Source: Nemertoderma westbladi (taxonomy: Eukaryota; Animalia; Xenacoelomorpha). Taken from it: DNA of 64,000 nt. The position numbers and the translations under genes are program-made. The notes beneath the pieces were generated by a model that saw nothing but the letters and a program-made list of their open reading frames with translations, did no database searches and was not told where the DNA came from. Positions 34,102 to 47,100 of this stretch are shown piece after piece; position 1 is the stretch's first letter; the number at the start of each line of letters is the position of its first letter. The stretch lies in the NCBI GenBank assembly GCA_032718475.1, contig JAUCBJ010008976.1, positions 62,001 through 126,000 of the forward strand. The letters run 5' to 3'.

Positions 34102-37100
34102 AGTTGCTGCGTTTAAACTGCGAACAAGTTAAGTCGCCTTGTTTAAACTGCGAACAAGTTAAGTTGCTGCGTTTAAATTGCGAACAAGTTAAGTTGCTGC
34201 GTTTAAACTGCGAACAAGTTAAGTTGCCTCGTTTAAACAGCGAACAAGTTAAGTTGCTGCATTTAAACTGCGAACAAGTTATAAGTTGCTGCGTTTAAAC
34301 TGCGAACAAGTAAAAGTTGCAGCATCTAAACTGCGAACAAGTTATAAGTTGCTGCGTTTAAACTGCGAACAAGTAAAAGTTGCAGCATCTAAACTGCGAA
34401 CAAGTTAAGTTGCCTCGTCTAAATTGCGAACAAGTTATAAGTTGCTACGTTTAAACTGCGAACAAGTAAAAGTTGCAGCATCTAAACTGCGAACAAGTTA
34501 AGTTGCCTCGTCTAAATTGCGAACAAGTTATAAGTTGCTACGTTTAAACTGCGAACAAGTTATATATTGCTGCGTTTATACTGCGAACAAGATAAGTTGC
34601 TGCGTTTAAACTGCGAACAAGTAAAAGTTGCAGCATCTAAACTGCGAACAAGTTATAAGTTGCTGCTTTTAAACTGCGAACAAGTAAAAGTTGCAGCATC
34701 TAAACTGCGAACAAGTTATAAGTTGCTGCGTTTAAACTGCGAACAAGTTATATGTTGCCTCGTTTAAACTGCGATCAAGTTAAGTTGCTGCGTTTAAACT
34801 GCGAACAAGTTATAAGTTGCTGCGTTTAAACTGCGAACAAGTTAAGTTGCCTCGTTTAAACTGCGAACAAGTTAAGTTGCTCCATTTAAACTGCGAACAA
34901 GTTATAAGTTGCTGCGTTTAAACTGCGAACAAGTAAAAGTTGCAGCATCTAAACTGCGAACAAGTTAAGTTGCCTCGTCTAAATTGCGAACAAGTTATAA
35001 GTTGCTACGTTTAAACTGCGAACAAGTTATATATTGCTGCGTTTATACTGCGAACAAGATAAGTTGCTGCGTTTAAACTGCGAACAAGTTAAGTTGCCTC
35101 GTTTAAACTGCGAACAAGTTAAGTTGCTCCATTTAAACTGCGAACAAGTTATAAGTTGCTGCGTTTAAACTGCGAACAAGTAAAAGTTGCAGCATCTAAA
35201 CTGCGAACAAGTTAAGTTGCCTCGTCTAAATTGCGAACAAGTTATAAGTTGCTACGTTTAAACTGCGAACAAGTTATATATTGCTGCGTTTATACTGCGA
35301 ACAAGATAAGTTGCTGCGTTTAAACTGCGAACAAGTTAAGTTGCCTCGTTTAAACTGCGAACAAGTTAAGTTGCTCCATTTAAACTGCGAACAAGTTAAG
35401 TTACCTCGTCTAAACTGCGAACAAGTTAAGTCGCCTCGTTTAAACTGCGAACAAGTTAAGTTGATGCGTTTAAATTGCGAACAAGTTAAGTTGCTGCGTT
35501 TTAAACTACAAACAAGTTTAGTTGCAGTGTATAAACTGCGAACAAGTTAGGTTGCCTCGTTTAAACTGCGAACAAGTTAAGTTGCTGCGTTTAAACTGCG
35601 AACAAGTTAAGTTGCTGCGTTTTAAACTACAAACAAGTTTAGTTGCAGTGTTTAAACTGCGAACAAGTTAAGTTGCTGCGTTTAAACTGCAAACAAGTTA
35701 AGTTGCCTCGTTTAAACTGCGAACGAGTTAAGTTGCTGCATTTAAACTGCGAACAAGTTATAAGTTGCTGCGTTTAAACTGCGAACAAGTTAAGTTGCTG
35801 CGTTTAAACTGCGAACAAGTTAAGTTACCTCGTCTAAACTGCGAACAAGATAACTTGCTGCGTTTAAATTACGAACAAGTGCATTTGCTGCGTTTTAAAC
35901 TACAAACAAGTTTAGTTGCAGTGTTTAAACTGCGAACAAGTTAAGTTGCTACGTTTAAACTGCGAACAAGTTAAGTTGCTGCGTTTAAACTGCGAACAAG
36001 ATAAGTTGCTGCGTTTAAACTGCGAACAAGTTAAGTTACCTCGTCTAAACTGCGAACAAGATAACTTGCTGCGTTTTAAACTACGAACAAGTTAAGTTGC
36101 TGCGTTTTAAACTACAAACAAGTTTAGTTGCAGTGTTTAAACTGCGAACAAGTTAAGTTGCTGCGTTTAAACTGCGAACAAGATAAGTTGCTGCGTTTTA
36201 ACTGCGAACAAGTTAAGTTGCTGCGTTTAAACTGCGAACAAGTTATAAGTTGCTGCGTTTAAACTGCGAACAAGTTAAGTTGCTGCGTTTAAACTGCGAA
36301 CAAGTTAAGTTGCCTCGTTTAAACTGCGAACAAGATAACTTGCTGCGTTTAAACTACGAACAAGTGAATTTGCTGCGTTTTAAACTACAAACAAGTTTAG
36401 TTGCAGTGTTTAAACTGCGAACAAGTTAAGTTGCTGCGTTTAAACTGCGAACAAGATAACTTGCTGCGTTTAAACTGCGAACAAGTTAAGTTGCTGCGTT
36501 TAAACTGCGAACAAGATAACTTGCTGCGTTTAAACTACGAACAAGTTAAGTTGCTGCGTTTTAAACTACAAACAAGTTTAGTTGCAGTGTTTAAACTGCG
36601 AACAAGTTAAGTTGCTGCGTTTAAACTGCGAACAAGTTATAAGTTGCTGCGTTTAAACTGCGAACAAGTTAAGTTGCTGCGTTTAAACTGCGAACAAGTT
36701 AAGTTGCCTCGTTTAAACTGCGAACAAGATAACTTGCTGCGTTTAAACTACGAACAAGTGAATTTGCTGCGTTTTAAACTACAAACAAGTTTAGTTGCAG
36801 TGTTTAAACTGCGAACAAGTTAAGTTGCTGCGTTTAAACTGCGAACAAGATAACTTGCTGCGTTTAAACTGCGAACAAGTTAAGTTGCTGCGTTTAAACT
36901 GCGAACAAGATAACTTGCTGCGTTTAAACTACGAACAAGTTAAGTTGCCGCGTTTTAAAATACAAACAAGTTTAGTTGCAGTGTTTAAACTGCGAACAAG
37001 TTAAGTTGCTGCGTTTAAACTGCGAACAAGTTAAGTTGCTGCGTTTAAACTGCGAACAAGTTAAGTTACCTCGTCTAAACTGCGAACAAGATAACTTGCT

Positions 37101-37457
37101 GCGTTTAAACTACGAACAAGTGAATTTGCTGCGTTTTAAACTACAAACAAGTTTAGTTGCAGTGTTTAAACTGCGAACAAGTTAAGTTGCTGCGTTTAAA
37201 CTGCGAACAAGATAACTTGCTGCGTTTAAACTGCGAACAAGTTAAGTTGCTGCGTTTAAACTGCGAACAAGATAACTTGCTGCGTTTAAACTGCGAACAA
37301 GTGAATTTGCTGCGTTTTAAACTACAAACAAGTTTAGTTGCAGTGTTAAACTGCGAACAAGTTAAGTTGCTGCGTTTAAACTGCAAACAAGTTAAGTTGC
37401 CTCGTTTAAACTGCGAACGAGTTAAGTTGCTGCATTTAAACTGCGAACAAGTTATAA
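34102..37457. repeat. 30-bp satellite array, copy 2, left part
   Basis: Same unit as copy 1; interrupted by BEL element 1. Confidence 0.98.
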
Positions 37458-38003
37458 TATTTGGAGAGACAGTAACAAAATACCCTGCAATATCCTACTG
37501 TAAAGTTTGTGAATCAAATCATAAATCCGACCTTCTCACCAAAACAGTAAACTCTAAGTAAGCGAATATATTGCAGTATCGGTCTCTTATAACCGGTGAG
37601 GCAGAAAACAGTCTACGAACGGACAAACTTCGATAAAACAAAATCCCGCGCAGCGAATCCTAAAATCGGGCTGACTCACTGACGGACTAAGGGCGCTCGT
37701 ATACTTTGCCGCGGTGTGATTTATATGGTTGGGATAGAGAGATGCTAGCTAGGTGCAGAAAGGTCTAACTAGCGGGCAAAGCGCAGTACGGACAAAATTA
37801 TTTTATATATTTTGAGGTGTAAATAATTTCTAACGTGCGTGTGTCTTGATTCTAACAGTCAAATCAGTTTTAATCCTTCACATATATAATTACTGGGTCC
37901 GGTGTGCATTTTACAAATATTCTAATTTTATAACTTGTAGGTCCAATACTCACGAATGATAAGGCTCCTTCCCCTTTTGTGTATTTCCAGAATTCGGCAA
38001 TTT

Positions 38004-39813
38004 TATTTATTTATTTATTTCTCTTCCGTCTATATATATGATTGCACTCATAGTAGAATATTGAATATAAGGTAGAATATTGAATATATATGTACATACT
38101 TTTAGAACTGTAGAGCACAATAATGATTATAAGGGTGTTATGTACACTGGAGGGGAGCAGTAGCAGTGCTAGTAGAGCTCCCTCCATATGTACGAGTTGA
38201 CCGGGGGGGGGGGGGGGGGTGGGGGGGGGGGGGTTATGGATCGAGAAGTTATCGGTTGTATCCGTTAAAATTTTTATTGTGTATTTTAGATTTTGCTGTT
38301 GGTAAATATCCCTGCCGGAAAATGTGCCGGTTTGACCGAATCCGAAACTGCCGTATCCATCAGCATAATATAATAATCAATTAATTAATTAATTAATAAT
38401 TAACTGTATTTATTGTAATATGGTGTGTTTATGGAGTGTAATTATTAATAAAATGTCTCTAGGTATTTTTTAAGATAGGGTCTGGAGGAATATTTTTTTT
38501 AATTTATATGAAAACGAGTTTTTTGATTTAGCATTTTTTATATCGCTAGGGAGGGCATTCCATATTTTAGGGCCAGTGAATTTTAAGGATTTCTGGGTGA
38601 GCTGTAGTCTTACACGTGGAACGAAAAAATTTTGTGCATAAGTTGATCTAGTGTTATATCTGTGGATGGAACTAGTTTGTTCAAATAAATTTTGTAATGC
38701 TTTAGTTTTTTTCATTTTTTTAATATCATACATATATTTAGCCACTTCAAGTTCGAATACTTTTTCGAGAGGTAAAATATTTAAGTTTTTATAAATCGGG
38801 TTAGCATGAGCTTGATAATGGCTGAAAGTTATTGCTCGAACAATTTTATTAACTTTTATTTTCAATTTATCAGTATTTGTTTTGTGTGCGTTGCCCCAGA
38901 GTAGTATTCCGTAGAGGATATGTGGATAAACTAGTGCGAAGTAGGGGGTTCTTAAAATGTGCAAAGGTAGAATGTATCTTAATTTGAAAAAAATTCCAGT
39001 AAGTTTCGAGATTTTTGAGTGTATGTAATTGCAGTGTGTTTTCCAGTCAATTTTATTGTCAATATAAATACCTAAGAATTTTGATGCTGTTTTTTGTGTA
39101 ATTGAGATAGAGCGGAGTGTAACCGGGGGGAGCGTTGTTTGTCTGCAATTATTAAAAATAATGTATTCTGTTTTTTTTAAATTCAGGGAAAGTTTATTGT
39201 CTATGAGCCAGTTATCAAGTTTCACTAGTTCGTGGTTGACAGTTCCAATAAGGTTATTAATATTTTTAGCACAATGTAGTAGTGTTGTGTCATCGGCGAA
39301 AAGTGTGGAAAGGAGATCAGTACAATTTGGAAGATTATTAATGTAAAGTAGAAACAATATTGGGCTCAGTATGGCCCCTTGTGGAGTTCCACACGGTGAC
39401 CCAGTACGTTCAGAAGTAATACCATTGATGTTAACTATGTGCGACCTGTTGTGTAAGAAACTAGAAAGGAGCTGTAAGGGGAGTCCGCGTATGCCGTAAC
39501 AGTCCAGTTTCTTAAGGAGAATGTCGTGGTTGAGTGTGTCGAAAGCCTTCTTTAGGTCTATTGATATGAGACAGGCTGAGCCACCGCCATCCAATGTATG
39601 CTGTATTTGTTCAGTAACTGTTAAAATTGCGTCACTTGTGGTAATGTTTTTCCTGAAACCATGTTGTGATGAAGTGAGTAATTCGAATTTGTTTAGGTAT
39701 CCTATTAATTGAGTGTTAATTACGCGCTCATATATTTTTGTGAAAATGGGTAATATTGATATAGGACGATAATTATTTTTATCTGTGGGGTCCCCCGTTT
39801 TATAGACTGGAAT
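38004..39813 (-). mobile_element. 5'-truncated CR1/L2-group LINE inserted in the 3' LTR
   Basis: Absent from the other LTR; (TAAA)n tail; candidate TSD AATTT (37999-38003 / 39814-39818). Confidence 0.9.
38470..39810 (-). CDS. LINE reverse transcriptase fragment
   Basis: The frame is open upstream of the listed ORF (NYRPISIL, QHGFRK); motifs IDLKKAFD, GTPQGAILSP, FADD and KFLGI. Confidence 0.9.
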   Translation of the reverse strand, partial: PVYKTGDPTDKNNYRPISILPIFTKIYERVINTQLIGYLNKFELLTSSQHGFRKNITTSDAILTVTEQIQHTLDGGGSACLISIDLKKAFDTLNHDILLKKLDCYGIRGLPLQLLSSFLHNRSHIVNINGITSERTGSPCGTPQGAILSPILFLLYINNLPNCTDLLSTLFADDTTLLHCAKNINNLIGTVNHELVKLDNWLIDNKLSLNLKKTEYIIFNNCRQTTLPPVTLRSISITQKTASKFLGIYIDNKIDWKTHCNYIHSKISKLTGIFFKLRYILPLHILRTPYFALVYPHILYGILLWGNAHKTNTDKLKIKVNKIVRAITFSHYQAHANPIYKNLNILPLEKVFELEVAKYMYDIKKMKKTKALQNLFEQTSSIHRYNTRSTYAQNFFVPRVRLQLTQKSLKFTGPKIWNALPSDIKNAKSKNSFSYKLKKIFLQTLS

Positions 39814-40873
39814 AATTTAATTTACCAGGTCCCTAATACTAAGAAGAAATGTGTTAGCTTACTACAGTAGGCGTACAGTTACTAATAGCTAGCCTGGCGT
39901 TCTTATCTAGAATTTTGGTTGCCTAGATGGGCACGGCAACTTCCTAACAGAATGTTGGCGGGGACACGGTAGATGTTAGTATCCCTAATAGCCTCAATTT
40001 ATTTGCGCCTAGTGGTAAACTGCCCTACCGCCTGAACGGTACAATCCCAATTCAGGTAAAACACAGTAGCCCTTCTAGCCTACAAGTTCAAATGCAATGG
40101 ACACCGTTGTACTACAAACAGTCACCGACGCACCTATACTTAGCAAGAGTTAGGCGTACAGTTTGCTGCACCCTACCAATGTGTATGCCTTGTACTGGTG
40201 TGCCTGCGTCCTATCTGTGTACTAGTATCTCTCTGCCTGATCTCCTCTCCTCTCCCCCGTAGGAATGTGAAGGTCTACTGCGGGTTTTCTCTGAATTAAG
40301 ACAGTACGGTCCCTAGATGTAATTTTTTTAGCGCACAGCGTGTCACTACCTCTACCTTCGATCTTTGGTCTTACACTTAGGTAGCAAGGCATTGAACGCT
40401 GTCTAACCTTTCAGGCGATGGGCGAATAACTAAGAATGAATATTGTGGGTTGTCTCCTTCCTACATTCCTCCGATGTTCCCGTCTATCGCCGCGGTCCGA
40501 TGTTTAGCCAGCCATCTGTCCCTCAGTTGGGTTCACCGTGGTGAAGCATAGTAAAAAACAGATGTAACAAGTATTTTCTAACTTTATTACAGAATTAAAC
40601 AATAACTATTATACAATAAATGTAACAAGAGTGAAGATAACTAATGAACAAAACCGCACCTTTTATAGCAAATTTGTGCTGCAATCAATCGAGATAAATC
40701 TAGATTGTTCTATGAGTTCTAATAGGTTTTTAAAGATAACTATTGGTCCAGCAAACACGTATCTTACACGACATTGGTTACAATCTAATAACTGCAATCC
40801 TATTGGTTAATCTACCTTGAGCAAATGCAATTTAATTCGTAGCGGTTAATTTAAATGAGTCGAAACTTAGCAC

Positions 40874-40957
40874 AAAAAATAATTCGCACCTACTAGGATT
40901 CGAACTCGATACCAACTACACGAATTTCCAACGCTTAACCGACTGAGCTACTGAACC
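40874..40957 (-). ncRNA. tRNA-derived Pol III unit (A box, B box, T6 terminator) in the 3' LTR
   Basis: GGTTCAG-TAGCTCAGTCGG-TTAAGCG...GAGTTCGAATCC...TTTTTT on the minus strand. The cloverleaf is imperfect, so it is not called a tRNA. Confidence 0.7.
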
Positions 40958-41594
40958 ACTTGAACAATGTTATACAAATAGATATACTGAATGCAAATGA
41001 GGACTTAATGTAATCTTTATAGCAAAGTTAATTCGAACAAAATAAAATTTTGAAAATCCACGGCATTTGCATTTGTGAGAATATAATTTTATACCGCTCC
41101 ATGAAAACAGGATATTATCGTGCATAAAATATACGGTTTTCACCATTACTAAATCAAATTATGGAATACTTGGGACGTACTTACATATTTACAAATTAAA
41201 TCTCAACAATAATACCTCTACATAATAATTCGATACAAAATAATTACAAATTCAAACTTTACGTATTTAAGGCTTTATTAAGTAAGTACAATATAAATCT
41301 AAATTAAATTCACCAAATTAAATCTATTGCATCTCAAATATTGCATAAATTCAAACAATCACAAATACAAATACTACTTAAATATAAAACAAATTGCATA
41401 AGTTCGGAATAAATCACAAGAAAGGCTCACAAGTCTTCCGTCTGCTCTTGCCTTCTATTTACTGTGAATACAAATACTGCTTCTTTATAAAATATAAATT
41501 GCATAATATTCGAAACAATAAATTGCGTAAGTTTGGAATGACTACAAATATAGCACTTTCTAAATATAAATCTTTCTAAATATAAATCTTACTA

Positions 41595-41905
41595 AATATA
41601 GATATAAACTGCATAAGTTTAGAACAATATAAACTGCATAAGTTTAGAACAATATAAACTGCATAAGTTTAGAACAATATAAACTGCATAAGTTTAGAAC
41701 AATATAAACTCCTTTGGCATTTCAAATATAAAATATAAATCTTTCAAATATAAATTCCTTCTAAATATAAAACTTTCTGAATTTCATAAAATCGGAACAA
41801 TATACAAATACATAAATTTGGAACAATATAAATTGCATAAACTTAGAACAATATAAATTGCATAAATTTAGAACAATATAAATTGCATAAACAATACAAA
41901 TTACA
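41595..41905. repeat. 25-bp tandem repeats AATATAAACTGCATAAGTTTAGAAC in the BEL 3' UTR
   Basis: Visible tandem units at 41601-41710 and 41800-41895. Confidence 0.85.
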
Positions 41906-42387
41906 TAAATGAAATCATAAGAAAGGCTCACGAGTCTTCCGTCCACTCTTGCCTTCTTGGGGCAAGAGACTTGTGGGGCGAGTCACTAGTTTACTTTGGA
42001 CGTTGGGAGATGGTACGACCATTTCCTCACATATTCGTCTCTTAGTTATTCAAAATCCTCGTCCAACTCCTCGTGACCGATCGGTTGTGTCTACCGCTGG
42101 TAAAACGTCTGGGAACGCGCGGGAAGCGGACGACGCAGACCCAAGAGAAGCTTGCGCCCCCTTTTGATCAGCTGGTATATGTCCCGATCCTCCTTGCGGT
42201 TCTCTGGGAAGCGAAACTGTATCCCGAGTAATTCGAATAGTCGGTTCGTATCCCCTTCGTTCTTCAACATTGATAGTTTTCTTTAATTGTTGGCCCACTT
42301 TCTGAACCCTTATGATCCTATGCTGTCCGTCCTCCCGAGGGTGACGTGCAGACGGCGCAACCGGAGTAGCTGGTATGTTGGTCGCCT

Positions 42388-43329
42388 CTAGGACCTCCTC
42401 TTCCTCGTTACGCTCGCTCGTATACGTTTATGGTAGAACGCGGCTCGGTACGCCCATGCGACAGTTAACCAAGCTCCCTTGTTCCGCTTTTCCGTTCGGA
42501 AACGATCAAATTCACCATACGTGATACGATTAACGACTTTCTGGAAATTCCATGTATTCTTATTGTCAGGGTGTATCTGTAACAAGTATTCGCGCACAAC
42601 TCGAAATCCACTATCGTGAGGCAAAATATCAACTACCTCGATGAGTTCGTCATATTGTGGCATAGCGGAAATATATCCTTCCGACATCATAGTTTGGGGA
42701 TTTACCGCCCAAAATCCAAGATGCGCTCTCATCGGGAATCGTCTTCTTTGTGCCGATACATGTTCGTCAGCTAAATCTTCCCAATCGTCGAATAGTTTTC
42801 GCACTAATTTTACAGATTCGTGTTCGTAAGGTATGTCTCGCAATTGGCATTCAGATGCTCGATGTCCCTTTATATTACAGTATGTGCATTGAGCCATAAA
42901 TCTCCAGCAAGTATAAAATGTATGGGACCCTTGATCTCCACACCATCCACAGATTAGTTGAGTCGTAGTAATGTGCTTTCCACTGCACTTTGTCGAATGA
43001 TGTCCAGCGACGCCACATTTACCACACATCGTATTAGCAGGGTACCACACTCGCTCATATATAAGATTTCCAATGGGTCGAGCGCTTCCTCCCACACTAT
43101 AGTCATAATCGTCTGGATTGATAGGTTGGTATGTTTCAGAAGGTTGTATGCAAACTACAGCATCTGTCGCTTCTAGTTGTCGAATCTCCGTCTGAGATTT
43201 CTTCGGGAGGTTCCTTTCAATCTCAAGAAGTTCCTCTAGAGGATCAACGATGGTCGTCGTTAAGTCGGAATCATCACCTAAGTGACCGATAGGCGCACGC
43301 GTATGCCGTGATTCGTCCGTAACCTCCAC
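42388..43329 (-). CDS. Extra ORF downstream of pol with three CCHC zinc knuckles
   Basis: CGKCGVAGHHSTKC, CGWCGDQGSHTFYTC and CTYCNIKGHRASEC. It lies between the integrase and the 3' LTR on the element's sense strand; the start is uncertain. Confidence 0.7.
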   Translation of the reverse strand: MEVTDESRHTRAPIGHLGDDSDLTTTIVDPLEELLEIERNLPKKSQTEIRQLEATDAVVCIQPSETYQPINPDDYDYSVGGSARPIGNLIYERVWYPANTMCGKCGVAGHHSTKCSGKHITTTQLICGWCGDQGSHTFYTCWRFMAQCTYCNIKGHRASECQLRDIPYEHESVKLVRKLFDDWEDLADEHVSAQRRRFPMRAHLGFWAVNPQTMMSEGYISAMPQYDELIEVVDILPHDSGFRVVREYLLQIHPDNKNTWNFQKVVNRITYGEFDRFRTEKRNKGAWLTVAWAYRAAFYHKRIRASVTRKRRS

Positions 43330-44159
43330 GATACCGTCGTGTCATATTTAGTCTTTGCGAGTTTCGCTATACTTTCTGATAAGTCCTTTATTCCAAATAT
43401 GGTGTAGTCTTTAGCTCCAAATCGTTCAAATGGCGCTGCTGCTTCCTCTTGGATATCATATCCCTATCTCGGCTCTCCATGTATCCCCTTCGCCATTTTT
43501 TGAAGTATGGTTACATAATCATTGCTACTAGAGGGAATACAACAGAGTTTATTGTTAGTTGTGAGGAGATGTGAGAGTTTTCGTCTGCCCTTTGGGCTCG
43601 ACAACGCTCTAACCTCCTACCCATAGCCTAAGATCTAGGGTTTCTTTAATGACACGCTGTTTCTTATCTAAAATTTTTTGCCGAAATAAAAAACGAATTT
43701 GGGCTAAACTGGCTGTGATTCTAAAATACTCACTTTTTGATCCCAAACTATTATCAGAAAATAAGCAATCAAGAGTTAGTAATAAATATAGGGAAGTCTA
43801 TTATTCGACGTAACTTATTGAAACAAGACCGTGTAAATTTTATTAAAATTTAAGAAAGGCTCGCGAGTCTTCCATTCTCTTGTTTCTCTAATTTTAAGTT
43901 CCACCCGACTGTACCCTGAAATCTATTCACTGGAGAAAATTTTAAAAAATTTTCAAATCCAATTGGATTGTCTAAAATTTCGAAAATGTCTCAATATTGT
44001 GAGTTCCAAGTAGAATTCCATTTCTTATACCTACAAATCCCGCTCCTATGTGACACATAAGGGTACTACCCTCAATGTTCACATATAAAGACAATGGAAT
44101 TCTACCGCTGTCCTTACTACAGTGTACAGGTACGTGGAAATCTATTTGTAAACTCCTTA

Positions 44160-47100
44160 CTATTTACTAACATTTGTTGGAGACTTGTAATCTCCAGACT
44201 TGTTTCGCGTCTCTTCAAGAAGTACGAGACGTTGAGTCGGTCTGTCTACTGTATGACCGTCAATTGTCCGTACCGTCACGGTTCTTGTCACTCCATCCAT
44301 AGATGGATGTGTGTCTAAAATTACACCTGTTATCCAGAAGCGTCTTTTTAGATTCACTTCTGCTAACAGCACATGATCTCCCGCTCTTAAAGCGCGAGTT
44401 TTGTTGTACCAGGTTGTTCTGGCAGAAATAGAGGAGGGCAAATAATGGTTTTGCCATATTTCCCAGAATTTGTTAGCCAGTAGTTGCGTGATTTTCCACG
44501 CTTTTCTACCGTAGCTATCGCCTTCTGTTGGAATAGAAATAGGCATTAATGTAGTCGGTGCCTGCATTAGCAGGTGTGCTGGTGTTAAAGCAAACTGGGA
44601 TTGTTTGTCATCGGGTACTAATACTATTGGTCTAGTATTTAGTATTGCCTCAATTTCAACAAACAATGTTGTCAGTTGGTCGTCTGTCAAGATGTGGCTT
44701 ACTGGAATTACTTTCGCCATGGCTGTTTTTATAGATCTAATCAATCTCTCCCAGACTCCGCCTCTCCATGGACTATCTGGAGGATTGAACTTCCAAACAA
44801 TCTTGTAAGGACGTAGTTCGCTTGAGATTTGATCATGATCTAATTTCTTAAAGGCTCTAGCGATTTCATTTCGAGCACCAACAAAGTTTGTACCTTGGTC
44901 TGAGTACAAGCATTTTACTAGTCCGCGTCTAGCGATAAATCGCCGCAATGCTAGTATAAAGGCGTTGGTGGAAAGATCCATCACACGTTCAATATGAACT
45001 GCCCTACTGGACATGCATGTGAAAATCAGTCCCCAGCGTTTTACTAGTATACGTCCACGTTTCGTATGTATGGGACCAAAGCAGTCAATTCCAGTCTCTG
45101 TGAAAGGTGGTCTGAATGCCTGTAGTCGTGCTTGTGGAAGTTCACTCATTTCTTGGGTACTTATTCTAGAATGTACCTTCTTACAAATAATACACATACG
45201 TGTCACTGAACTTAGCGCTTTACTGGGTCTAATTAATACAAATCTTGTACGTAAGTAGGAAAGACAGTGGTGTCTTCCAGCGTGTTTCAGATGTAAATGT
45301 GCGTCCAGTATCATTGCACGTTGTAATTCGTGATGTTGCGGTATTATTATTGGGTACCTAAAATCAGTATTAAAGTCGATGTTTTGAAACCGAGATTTAT
45401 GACAAATTAAGCCATTATAAATTATCAGACTCCAACTCAATATTGGTGACGACTTGATTGGTTGACCTTGACTTATAGATGTGAATTCGCGCGCGAAATA
45501 TCGCAATTGGTAATGGCGAATTAATTTAATTTCACATCTGTCAATCTCAGTCAGTGTGAGTCGACGTGTAAAGTCGCGTTTGCCTTTAACGTATTGTACA
45601 AAACGTACAATCCACGCTAATTTTCGGCACGCGTTTGTCCAAGATTCTGTCAGATTTACAATACGGTCGACGTAAGAATTTATGACGTCATCAGGTAAGT
45701 CAATGATGAATTTTGAAGGTTTTGTTTTACTAGATGGGCCCACGAGTCCGCCGGTAAGTATTCCCTTGTTGACTGTTGATCCGTCCGGGTCTACAAGTAA
45801 TTTGTCCTTCTTCGTCTTCTTACCTTGATTGTCAGTACTTTGTGTGTCGATTCCTAATGGTGGTTTAAATTCTATGGGATCACTGGGTTTCGGTAAATTT
45901 ATTTTTGTGCCGATATTAATCCCAGGTCTCACCGTAGGTTGTAAGGTTGGTATGTCTCTTGAGCGTAAAGTAACACCTGTATTTACATTTGCGTAGGTAC
46001 TACCCACATCTGTAATACATGAGGTTTCACTGTACTTATGGTTACTCAAGGGTGTCAAGTTTGGTAGTTTGTCAATAGAAGGCCGCTCCAATAGGGAAAC
46101 TTCGGCTTTACTATGTGTTAGTATGTTACTAGTGTCTGGTAGAACATCTTGTGAAATGTCTTGTAAAATGTTTCGCGGAACATCCGGCGAAACGTCTAGT
46201 AACATGTCTGGCAAAATGTCTGGTAGACCGTCTGGTAACGTGTCTGGTTTTGCATCTGGTAACGTGTCTAGTTGACCGTCTGGCGATACGTTTGGTTGAG
46301 CGTCTGGTAACATGTCTGGTTGACCATCTGGCGATACGTCTGGTTGAGAAAGTCTCGCAAGTCTTCCTGCCTTAACTTTGTGAGTTATATTTTTCCATTT
46401 CGCCTTTGGTTTCTTCTTAAGTTTCACCGTTGTCTTTTTCTTTGCTTTACCTTTCTTTGGTTTCTTTATTTCGGCGTCCTTAGGAATAGTATTAGACTTG
46501 TTATCATATAGTGGCGGCCAATGTTGTGTTGCTCTTTGTAAGAATTGCGGTCCGTGTTGCCAAAATTTCTTGTTCTCCGGTTTACAGAATTCCTCAGGCA
46601 TCATTCCTCGCGACGCAATATCAGTTGGATTTTGTGGTCCGGGACAATGTCGCTAATCTTCTTTTATTGAATGGTCTAGAATTTCTGCACGACGGTTAGC
46701 TACAAATGTCTTGAATTCAAGTGTGTCGTTGTTTATATAAAATAAAACTAACGTCGCGTCAGTCCAATAAAATATCTGTAAACTTGACTGTAGTTCAGTC
46801 TGTATGAGGTTTACAATTGTCGTTGACAGAGTTGCGGCTTGTAGCTCAGCGCATGGTGTCGTCATATACTTAGTAGGCATGGTCTTAGCCTTAGAAGTAA
46901 TGAGCGAAACATCAAACTCATCTGAGTCTACTTGTCTGCGCAAATACGCTGTCACTCCAAAGCCGTTGTCACTGGCGTCGGAAAAACAATGTAATTCTAA
47001 GTTGTCAGGAAATGTCGTCTGTAATGGAAAGTACACCCGGGGTATGGAATAATCTTCTAGTGAAGACAATTGCGCCTCCCAAGTTTTCCATAAGTCCACT

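Larger units (their letters stand above)
37458..41093 (-). repeat. 3' LTR of BEL element 1, containing a LINE insertion and a ~37-bp deletion
   Basis: Near-identical to 52254-54111 outside 38004-39813. The short purine tract GGAGCGG (41094-41100, minus strand) abuts it. Confidence 0.93.

Noticed and set aside
29502-37457. 30-bp repeat with a GTTTAAAC palindrome resembling a CRISPR repeat, and many LRLNCEQ ORFs
   Set aside because: The units are head-to-tail with no unique spacers and no cas genes, in a eukaryotic context. The ORFs are translations of the satellite.
26974-38233. Long poly-G tracts (~26974, 29287, 32754, 33884, 38203) as G-quadruplex elements
   Set aside because: They are simple homopolymers of unreliable length, two are duplicates of one site, and they have no functional context.
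40874-40957. Possible functional tRNA gene
   Set aside because: The acceptor, anticodon and T stems do not pair properly, so it is kept only as a tRNA-derived Pol III cassette.
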